Of a DNA stretch of 64,000 nt, positions 29,017 to 38,041 are shown in pieces. Position 1 is the first letter of the stretch. Every line of letters begins with the position of its first letter. The position numbers and the translations under genes were made by a program. Origin of the DNA: an uncultured Candidatus Entotheonella sp. (GTDB lineage: Bacteria > Tectomicrobia > Entotheonellia > Entotheonellales > Entotheonellaceae). The notes under the pieces were generated by a model. That model worked only from the letters and a program-made list of their open reading frames with translations. It had not been told where the DNA came from and ran no database searches. The stretch spans positions 224,001 to 288,000 of the forward strand of contig CBDCDA010000001.1 of NCBI GenBank assembly GCA_965215335.1, in the 5' to 3' direction.

Positions 29017-29600
29017 ATGTTTACCCTGCACGCCATCGACTGGCTGATCATCGGCCTGTACGTCGTGCTGGCCCTGGGCGTCGGGATGGCGTTCAAGAGC
29101 CGCGCCGGGCGCAACCGGACAAGTTACTTCCTGGCCGGACGTGCCCTGCCGTGGTGGTGGGTCGGCGCCTCCATGGCCGCCGCCACCTTTGCCGCGGACA
29201 CTCCCCTGGCGGTTACCGGCATCATTGCAGACAAAGGATTATCGGGCAACTGGCTATGGATACCGGTCATCGGCGTGCACGCCGGCGTATTCGTCATTTT
29301 TGCCGCCAACTGGAGCCGCGGCGGGGTGATGACGGACGCCGAGCTGATTCGGGTGCGCTATTCTGGACGGACGGCATACGCGCTGCGCTGATGCCGGGCC
29401 GGGCTGCGATTGCCGCAAAACTGCGTGGTGCTCGGCGGCGGTGACGAGCGGCGCCCTGTTGCTGCTGTTCGTCGGTCATCAGGGACTGTTCAGCGGCTGG
29501 CGACCGGACGTGATAGCCGCGGGCGTGGCGGCTTTGGGGTTGTTGTACGCCGGCACGACGCTGCGGCCGAGTCGTTGGCAAGGTAGCGCGGGGTCTTTGC
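29017..29600 (+). pseudogene. Truncated sodium:solute symporter
   Basis: IDWLIIGLY, YFLAGRALPWW, ATFAADTPL; stop at 29391 with degenerate hydrophobic remnants after. Confidence 0.75.
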
Positions 29601-29635
29601 AACCTGCCCCGTCATGGAGAGGGCCTGAGACGATC

Positions 29636-30016
29636 ATGCAGGTCTCAACCTACGTGTGGATCGGAATCGGCGGATTCTTCGGGGCGGTGGTGCGCCATGG
29701 GCTTGACACCTGGCTAACAACTCGTTGGGGCGTGGCGTTTCCGTATGGTACGCTTTTCGTGAACGTCAGCGGCAGCTTTGCGTTGTGTCTGGTCATCGCC
29801 ATGCTGAGCCGGGACTTCGACGTGGCGCCCGCTCTGCGCTTGGCCCTGACGGCCGGCTTCCTGGGCTCGTACACGACGTTTTCGACGTTCAGCGCCGAAG
29901 CGCTCCTGTTACTGGAGAACGGTTACGCGCTGCGCGGGCTGACCTACGTCGTCGGCAGCGTGGCAGGAGGCGGGCTGATGGGCGCTGCGGGCTTGCTGTT
30001 GGGGCGATCGCTGTAG
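29636..30016 (+). CDS. crcB: Fluoride channel CrcB/Fluc
   Basis: GGFFGAVVR, PYGTLFVN, GFLGSYTTFSTF. Confidence 0.92.
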   Translation: MQVSTYVWIGIGGFFGAVVRHGLDTWLTTRWGVAFPYGTLFVNVSGSFALCLVIAMLSRDFDVAPALRLALTAGFLGSYTTFSTFSAEALLLLENGYALRGLTYVVGSVAGGGLMGAAGLLLGRSL

Positions 30017-30065
30017 GTGCGGACTTCACAGACCTGCCCTGAACCCCTTCCAGGAAGCGCGCGAC

Positions 30066-30767
<702 letters not shown>

Positions 30768-30768
30768 C

Positions 30769-32196
30769 ATGATGCACCGCCTGCCCATCTTCTGGCGATT
30801 GTTTCTCAGCTACCTGCCGGCGGTGGTGCTGGCCCTGCTGGTATTCTTTGCCGGAGATTACCCCCGGCAGGACGGCGCGAACGCCGTCCCCCGGCCCCCT
30901 CGGTTTCTCGCTGTCGGCGCCGTCATGCTCACCGCAATAGCCGCCGGCATCGGGCTGATCTCTTCGGAGCGTATCAGTCGCTCCCTCCAGGTCATGCGCG
31001 CCAGTGCGGAGCACTTTGCGGTTGGCGATTTCTCCCACCGGCTCCGAATCCCAAACACCCCCGAAATGGGCAACCTGGCCGCCACGCTCAACAACATGGC
31101 GGCGCAGCTCGAGGACCAGATCAGCGTCGTGACACAGCAGCGCAACGAGCAGGAGGCCATTCTCGTCAGTATGCGGGAAGGCGTGCTGGCGCTGGATCCG
31201 CAGGCCCACGTCATCGCCATGAACCCCGCCGCGGAGGCGCTTCTGGCGGTGCCGGCGACGCAGGCACGCGGCCGGACGGTTCAGGAGGTCATCCGCAACG
31301 TCGGGCTGCAGCGACTGCTCACCGACGCCATGTCCATGGCCGAGCCGAGCATGGGAGAAATCGTGCTGCGCGGCGATGAGGAGCGCTCCCTGCAAGTGAC
31401 TGCAACCGCCCTGCGCGATGCCGCGGGGCGCGACCTCGGCATGCTGGTGGTGTTGAACGACATCACCCAGCTACGCCGGCTGGAAAACATTCGCCGCGAC
31501 TTCGTGGCCAACGTCTCGCACGAGCTCAAGACCCCGGTCACCAGCATCAAGGGCTTCGTGGAAACCCTGCGCGACGGCGCTCTGGACGACCGCCCGCAGG
31601 CGGAACGATTCCTGGAAATCGTCGCCCATCACGCCGACCGCCTGCACGCCATTATCGAGGATCTGCTCAGTCTCTCACGGTTGGAGCAAAGCAGCCAGAT
31701 CACCGAGATTCCCCGACCCGAGATGAAACTGAGCGCCATCGTCGAGGCCGCGGTGCTCGATTGCGCCGCCAAGGCTACGGCGCGGCAGGTCACGGTCGTC
31801 CCGGCCTGCGCCCCCGGCCTGTACGTCAATGCCAACGCCCCCTTGCTGGAACAGGCCATCGTCAATCTGCTGGATAACGCCATCAGTTACAGCAACGCCA
31901 ACGGCACCGTGTGGCTGACGGCGCGGCAGGAGAATGGCGCGGTGCACATCGACGTGCGCGACGAAGGCATCGGCATCGCGTCGGAGCACGTGTCACGCAT
32001 CTTCGAGCGTTTTTACCGCACCGACAAGGCGCGCGACCGTGCCAGCGGCGGTACCGGTCTGGGACTGGCCATCGTGAAACACATCGCTCAAATCCACGAT
32101 GGACAGGTCAGCGTTACCAGTGAAGTGGGGAAGGGGAGCACGTTTTCGCTGCATCTCTCGCAGCCCAGGACCGCCGTGGATTCGGCGCAAAACTGA
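30769..32196 (+). CDS. HAMP-PAS sensor histidine kinase (PhoR-like)
   Basis: RRDFVANVSHELKTP, NLLDNA, FERFYR, GGTGLGL. Confidence 0.9.
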   Translation: MMHRLPIFWRLFLSYLPAVVLALLVFFAGDYPRQDGANAVPRPPRFLAVGAVMLTAIAAGIGLISSERISRSLQVMRASAEHFAVGDFSHRLRIPNTPEMGNLAATLNNMAAQLEDQISVVTQQRNEQEAILVSMREGVLALDPQAHVIAMNPAAEALLAVPATQARGRTVQEVIRNVGLQRLLTDAMSMAEPSMGEIVLRGDEERSLQVTATALRDAAGRDLGMLVVLNDITQLRRLENIRRDFVANVSHELKTPVTSIKGFVETLRDGALDDRPQAERFLEIVAHHADRLHAIIEDLLSLSRLEQSSQITEIPRPEMKLSAIVEAAVLDCAAKATARQVTVVPACAPGLYVNANAPLLEQAIVNLLDNAISYSNANGTVWLTARQENGAVHIDVRDEGIGIASEHVSRIFERFYRTDKARDRASGGTGLGLAIVKHIAQIHDGQVSVTSEVGKGSTFSLHLSQPRTAVDSAQN

Positions 32197-32216
32197 CACC
32201 CGACAAGGAGGATACC

Positions 32217-33965
32217 ATGACGAGCGCTCCCGGCGGTCTTTCTCAGCCCGCGCACGAGGTGAGCATGCGTTTCGACGTCAAGGTGCCGATGCGCGACGGT
32301 GTGGCATTGTCCACCGATATCTACCTGCCGGCCATTGACCAGCCGGTGCCGGTGGTGCTCATCCGCACGCCATACAACAATAACAATGAAGCCATCGTGC
32401 AGGACTGCATGTACTTTGCCGTGCGCGGTTATGGCGTGGCGACGCAGGACGTGCGCGGCCGGTGGGATTCAGACGGCAACTGGTACCCATTCGTGCACGA
32501 GGCCGAGGACGGCTTCGACACCATGGAATGGGTCGGGCGGCAGCCGTGGTGCAACGGCAACATCGGTACCGCGGGCGGCTCGTACGTGGCCATGGTGCAG
32601 TGGCAGACGGCACCGCTGCGCAGCCGCTTCCTGAAGGCCATGGTGCCGCGCGTCGGCTACTCGGACTTCTATCACAACTGGGTGTACACCGGCGGAGCCT
32701 TCCAACTCGCCTTCAACCTGCGCTGGGGCGCCGTTCAGATGTCCACGCGCACGAATCAGGTGCAGTACCTGTGGCTCCCCGCGGCGAACCACCTGAACAC
32801 GCTACACTGGCACCTGCCGCTGAACACCATGGACGCCAAGGCGGGCCGCGCCTCGCAGGTGTGGCAGGACTGGGTCGCGCACCCGGATTACGGCGACTAC
32901 TGGCGCCGCATGCGGCCCGTGGCGGCGTACTATGCGGACGTCGACGTGCCGGCTTACGGCATCGGCGGCTGGTACGACGTGTTCCTGCAATCGACGCTCA
33001 ACAATTTCGTGGGGGTCCGGGCGCATGGGCGCCCGCCGGGCAAGCAGCACCAGAAAATCATCATCGGCCCGTGGATTCACGACTGCGGTCACATGGGACT
33101 GGATACGCGTACCGGTGACGTGGAGTTTGGGAAGGCGGCGCGCGTCGACCTGATGGCCGAGCACGTCCGCTGGTTCGACCACTGGCTGAAGGGTATGGAC
33201 ACCGGCATCGAGAAAGAACCGCCGGTGAACGTCTTTGTCATGGGCGCCAACCGCTGGCGGCAGGCCGACGACTGGCCGATTCCGGGCACGACGTACGTGC
33301 CGTACTACCTGCACGGCCAGGGAGGCGCGAATTCGCTGTTCGGCGACGGCGTCCTGGACACCAGCCCGCCGGCAACGGAACCGCCCGACCGCTACACCTA
33401 CGACCCCGAACAACCCGTGCCGACGGTCGGCGGCAGCACCTGTTGCTCCGAGGACGTGACCCCGGTGTCCATGGGGCCGCGCGATCAGCAGCCCGTCGAG
33501 TGGCGGCCGGACGTGCTGGTGTACACCTCGGCGCCGCTCGACGGCGACCTTGAAGTCACCGGCCCGGTCAGCATGACCCTGTACGCCGCCTCCGACGCGC
33601 CGGATACGGACTTCACCGCCAAGCTCGTCGACGTGTATCCCGACGGCACCGCCATCAACGTCGCCCAGGGTATCATCAGGGCGCGCTACCGCGATTCGTG
33701 GGAAAAACCGTCGCTGCTGGAGCCGGGGCGCGTTTATGCGTACCGTATCGATCTGTGGTCCACCAGCAACTGCTTCCGTCAGGGCCACCGCATCCGCGTC
33801 GAAGTCGCCAGCAGCAACTTCCCGCAATTTGACCGTAATCCCAACACCGGCCACCCCTTCGGCCAGGACGCCGTGCTCCGCAAGGCGCGCCAGGTCGTGC
33901 ACCACGACGCCGAGCATCCGTCCCATATCGTGCTGCCGGTCGTGCCCGTTGTTGATGCACAGTGA
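32217..33965 (+). CDS. CocE/NonD family hydrolase
   Basis: MRDGVALSTD, RTPY, QDVRGR, GGSY nucleophile motif, GPWIH. Confidence 0.92.
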   Translation: MTSAPGGLSQPAHEVSMRFDVKVPMRDGVALSTDIYLPAIDQPVPVVLIRTPYNNNNEAIVQDCMYFAVRGYGVATQDVRGRWDSDGNWYPFVHEAEDGFDTMEWVGRQPWCNGNIGTAGGSYVAMVQWQTAPLRSRFLKAMVPRVGYSDFYHNWVYTGGAFQLAFNLRWGAVQMSTRTNQVQYLWLPAANHLNTLHWHLPLNTMDAKAGRASQVWQDWVAHPDYGDYWRRMRPVAAYYADVDVPAYGIGGWYDVFLQSTLNNFVGVRAHGRPPGKQHQKIIIGPWIHDCGHMGLDTRTGDVEFGKAARVDLMAEHVRWFDHWLKGMDTGIEKEPPVNVFVMGANRWRQADDWPIPGTTYVPYYLHGQGGANSLFGDGVLDTSPPATEPPDRYTYDPEQPVPTVGGSTCCSEDVTPVSMGPRDQQPVEWRPDVLVYTSAPLDGDLEVTGPVSMTLYAASDAPDTDFTAKLVDVYPDGTAINVAQGIIRARYRDSWEKPSLLEPGRVYAYRIDLWSTSNCFRQGHRIRVEVASSNFPQFDRNPNTGHPFGQDAVLRKARQVVHHDAEHPSHIVLPVVPVVDAQ

Positions 33966-33969
33966 ATAG

Positions 33970-34300
33970 ATGACGCTGCGGCCCTTCGGTGCAGGCGAGG
34001 GCGAGGCCGATGGCCTGCGCTTGCTCGTGTGGATGGGGAAGCGGGTGTTTCCGGGAAAACGGGGACACCCAGTTACAGCAGATCACCTTCGAGAAAGGTG
34101 CGAATGAAAGCGTTTCGCCAGACCAGGCCGCGGGTGTCATCCGGGGCGAGAAAGGAGGACGAGAAGCCACCGCGGGACCACAGTTTCCCCATGGCATCGG
34201 TGCCGGTCTCGCCGACGTTCAGGGGCGGCAACCCGTAGTACGCAATCCGACCCGCGAGCGTCTCCGATGACTGGCGCAGCAGGTCGGGGCCGGCGCTTGC
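33970..34300 (-). pseudogene. Remnant of AAA_14/DUF4143 ATPase
   Basis: LLRQSSETLAGRIAY...LWSRGGF...FIRTFLE. Confidence 0.65.
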
Positions 34301-34395
34301 CCAGGACGAGGAATCGGGCGGGGTTGTCGGGCTGTCACCAGTACGCGCAGCAACTGAAAAAGTCCTGCGCTGATTTGACCTATGCGAGGTGTCAC

Positions 34396-34538
34396 TTGAC
34401 ATTGCGTACCGCTGTTCGTTACGTTGCGACATGATCAAGAGCCTTGTGGACAAACAGACCGCGACGGTTTTCGCCAGGCATGCCGGTTACCGGCATGCCC
34501 GTGCATATCCAGCACTAGGCACAGGCCAGAAGGATTGA
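34396..34538 (+). pseudogene. HigB-like toxin 5' remnant with sigma70-like promoter
   Basis: TTGACA(34396)-18 nt-TACGTT; ATG at 34431 gives MIKSLVDKQTATVFA, then a frameshift. Confidence 0.45.
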
Positions 34539-34773
34539 ACAATGGTCATGTCAAGTCGCGACAACAACAAAGGATTTCGCCGACTTCACCAACAGCATCA
34601 TCAATGTAGCAGAAGCCGGTCTCATCAAGATTAGGACCCGCTCCAGCTACTACACCATACCGGTCCAGATGGATTTGTTCACCGCGCCACCGGCTCCTCT
34701 GGGAAAAGACAACCATGCGACCGGCCAATTTTCCCCGCAGCACCAAGACCAACTACCTTACGGTAACGGCCAA

Positions 34774-35382
34774 TCAGGCTCAGGGCCTGTAAAGGGTCAT
34801 CAAGGTGCGCGGCGTCCCACGCGTCGATGACCGAAAGGTCATCAGCGCCATCATCCATGGTCATTCGCTACGGCCTCATGTGGCGCGATGCCCCCGCCTG
34901 CCACGGACCCCACAAGACCCCCTGCAACCGCTTCGTGCGCTGGAGCAAGGCCGGGGTATTCGGGCGCACCCGAGGCGGCCTCGACTCCAAGCTCCACGCG
35001 GTCTGTGACGGCGATGGCAAGCCCGTCGTGCTGCTGTTGACGGCGGGTCAGGTCAGTGACTATCGCGGGGCTGATACGATTGTGCCTGCTCTACCGGCGT
35101 CCGGGGTCCTGATAGCCGACAAGGGCTAAGACAGCAACCGGTTGCGCCGGGCGCTTGCCAAGCGAGGCATGGCGTCGTGCATTCCGGGCCGTTCCAACCG
35201 TAAAGAGCCGATCGTCCATGACAGCGAGCTTTGCAAGAGTCGTAACCTCATCGAGCGTCTGTTTGGCAGACTCGAGGATTGGCGTCGCATCGCCACGCGC
35301 CATGACCGGTGTGCGCACACTTTTTTCAGCGCCATCTGCCTTGCTGCCATGGTCATCTTCTGGTTATGAGTCCTGGGCCTGA
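34774..35382 (+). mobile_element. Defective IS5-family element
   Basis: GVPRVDDRKVIS, WRDAP..GPHKT, RGGLDSKLHAVCD, IADKG*, RNLIERLFGRL..WRRIATR; imperfect terminal IRs 34774-34792 and 35364-35382 (14/19); stop codon, frameshift and deletions. Confidence 0.85.
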
Positions 35383-35385
35383 TCG

Positions 35386-36735
35386 ATGCCATACCAGAAC
35401 GAAAGAGCAACGGGTGACTCCCTGTGGCGGCTTGAAGACAACGAGAGCGTCCAGAACTTTAGAGGGGCCATCCGAACCAGAGACCCGCAGGACCACCAAG
35501 TTCTTCCGCCTGTCGTCCACCCCCCACGCAAGCAAAGAGCGATCAAAAGAATCATTGCTATCGACGGTTCTACGGTTGCCAAAACAGTACAGAACGGATT
35601 TCCCAAAGCCGAAGCCGCGCTGTTCAACGCCGCCGTTATTGTCATCAAAACCGACGAACTCGGCAAATTCGGCGGCGACCATGTCCCCAGTCCTAGCCAA
35701 CTCCGCGACCTGGAAAAGGTCAATACAATGAGCGCAGTTCTACCCGGTCCCAACGTGGTAGGCAAAAAACCGGGAGAGGATACCCCCAAGAAATTCTTCC
35801 GCTCGACCATACGACAAGAGCTCAACTTCAAACTTGATCCGGGCCATGAATCACTACTAGAAACGTTCCTTGCCATCACTGCAGACGACTCCGGCAGGGA
35901 CCGCAGGTTCCAGTGTCCGCTGGAGGACTGCGAACATAGGCTCACCAGACCGAGAATGGACACCCTCTGCTGTTGCGACAAGCGTGAGCAACTCTATCCC
36001 ACGGACAGCATGCGTACTCATGAACGATTCTACGACAACAGTAGCAGCGAGCAGGCGTTCACTGCCTTTCGCATGGTGACCGAGCACCTCTTATTGGTCA
36101 ACATTCTGAGATACTTCAAATTGAACCATCCTGCAAAATGGTTCGATGACATAGCATTCGTGATGGATGGCCCCTTGGCCATCTTTGGGATGCCCGCCTG
36201 GCTCAAGGAGCACATACAGGCCGAAATTGCACGCATCCATGACGACCTGGCAAGGCAAGGCCACGCGGGACTACTGTTGATGGGCATGGAGAAAACCGGG
36301 GAGTTTCTGGCACATCTGGAAGAATTAGACTGGCATCCATCCAAAGGTCCACGGCAGCGGTTGCAAAACGGTACCGCCTTCGCCCCCACCACCGAGTACA
36401 TCTACCGTCACATCAGACCCAGCCCAGATACTCGAAAAGCGTATGGGCAAGCCGTCTACTACGGACGGAAAATCCTATACAAAAACCTGACAGGTCAGCA
36501 TGCGGTCGTGATGACGCCCATCGTCAACGCTGTCGGGCGGAAACCCAATGGTACCGAATTAACCGCCTTTCCCCGCTTGGGCGAAGCCCTGGACATTGTG
36601 GATGAGCTTTATACCCATCTATACCGAGATGGATTTGCACCTTTGGTCCGAGCCAACGCCCACGCTGCCATACCACTGCGGCGAGGCCAACGCATATTGG
36701 CCAATCTGTTCGACGGCAAGGATTCCAGCCCCTGA
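35386..36735 (+). CDS. NurA-like nuclease (RNase H fold)
   Basis: IIAIDGS, VMDGPLA, GMEKTG, PLVRANAHA; internal Cys cluster. Confidence 0.72.
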   Translation: MPYQNERATGDSLWRLEDNESVQNFRGAIRTRDPQDHQVLPPVVHPPRKQRAIKRIIAIDGSTVAKTVQNGFPKAEAALFNAAVIVIKTDELGKFGGDHVPSPSQLRDLEKVNTMSAVLPGPNVVGKKPGEDTPKKFFRSTIRQELNFKLDPGHESLLETFLAITADDSGRDRRFQCPLEDCEHRLTRPRMDTLCCCDKREQLYPTDSMRTHERFYDNSSSEQAFTAFRMVTEHLLLVNILRYFKLNHPAKWFDDIAFVMDGPLAIFGMPAWLKEHIQAEIARIHDDLARQGHAGLLLMGMEKTGEFLAHLEELDWHPSKGPRQRLQNGTAFAPTTEYIYRHIRPSPDTRKAYGQAVYYGRKILYKNLTGQHAVVMTPIVNAVGRKPNGTELTAFPRLGEALDIVDELYTHLYRDGFAPLVRANAHAAIPLRRGQRILANLFDGKDSSP

Positions 36736-37904
36736 TGAAATCGGCGCCCACAGACTTTTCCCACGACACAGCTGCCGGCCGGTGGGCGCGTCTTGGTCCC
36801 TACTATGCCATGTTTCCCATCCCCTTCGCTGAGCACGTGATCACGCTTTATACCCGAATGGGGGATACGGTCATCGATCCATTCTGTGGCCGTGGCACGG
36901 CTCCTTTCATCGCCATGGTCTACGGTCGAAAAGCCATCGGATGCGACGTCAGCCCCGTCGCCTGGCTATACTCAAAAACCAAAACCGACCCCTACCCGGA
37001 GCCGGAAGCGGTCAAGAACCGAATTTCCCAGATCCGAGAGGCCGCCACCCTGGACGACGGCAAACCTGCCAACGAGTTCCAGGAATTGGCCTTCTGTCGG
37101 CCGGTTCTGGGTTTCGTGAATGCAGCAAGACGAGAACTCAAGTGGCGGCACTGCCAGTTGGACCGTACCGTGGCGACCCTCTTGCTTCAGCACCTGCACG
37201 ACAAGAAGGGACGCGGATTGTCCAACCAGCTACGTCACTCCCGCGCCCTGTCCCCCGGCTACTGTATTCGTTGGTGGCGGGCCAACGGATACCGCGTGCC
37301 GCCGCAAGTCGAACCACAGGATTTCTTGACGAAGCGCGTCACATGGCGCTACGCCAAAGGTACTCCCAGACCACGCCATGGCGAAGCGCCGAGTATCGCC
37401 CTGGGCAAGGCCGAGACCAGCCTGCCCCACACCAATACCCCAGCCAGACTGGTCTTGACATCTCCACCCTACAGTAATGTCACCAACTACCGCGCCGACA
37501 ACTGGCTCAGGCTATGGGCATTGGGCGAAGGTCCGGCTCTCCCCAACTGGAACCGAGAACAGAAATTTGCCAATTCTGAAACGTACTTCCAGATGCTGCG
37601 GGAATCGCTGACCTCCACCTGGGCCCGGACCTGCGCTGATACCATATGGTACATCCGCTCCGACGCCCGTCGGCGGACAAAAGAGGCAATCACGGCAGTC
37701 ATGATGGACCTTCTTCCTGACCACAGAGCCTACGAGCGACCTGCCCCTTACCATAAGCCGACGCAGACAGCGCTGTACGGCGACTCCGAACCGAAACCCG
37801 GCGAGATAGACCTCCTGTATATGCCGCCAAGACGTAGAAGAAGGGGCTTTACGCTCCATTTTGGACAATCAAGACTCAAATCAAAACGGCGATACTTTTT
37901 TTGA
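36735..37904 (+). CDS. DNA methyltransferase (N4-C/N6-A)
   Basis: PYYAMFP, DPFCGRGT (motif I), LTSPPY (motif IV); TGATG coupling to the upstream gene. Confidence 0.85.
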   Translation: MKSAPTDFSHDTAAGRWARLGPYYAMFPIPFAEHVITLYTRMGDTVIDPFCGRGTAPFIAMVYGRKAIGCDVSPVAWLYSKTKTDPYPEPEAVKNRISQIREAATLDDGKPANEFQELAFCRPVLGFVNAARRELKWRHCQLDRTVATLLLQHLHDKKGRGLSNQLRHSRALSPGYCIRWWRANGYRVPPQVEPQDFLTKRVTWRYAKGTPRPRHGEAPSIALGKAETSLPHTNTPARLVLTSPPYSNVTNYRADNWLRLWALGEGPALPNWNREQKFANSETYFQMLRESLTSTWARTCADTIWYIRSDARRRTKEAITAVMMDLLPDHRAYERPAPYHKPTQTALYGDSEPKPGEIDLLYMPPRRRRRGFTLHFGQSRLKSKRRYFF

Positions 37905-38041
37905 ATTGCACATCCGTGGCAAAACCTTTCTGCGTGCTTTGTTAGCGCCTTCGTTCCATCGCGTTGCGGCGTCATGCCTTGGGCTGTAGCATGAGCAAGC
38001 ATGTTCCAATCAACCCCACGATGAAGTCTGGAGAGAAGCGA

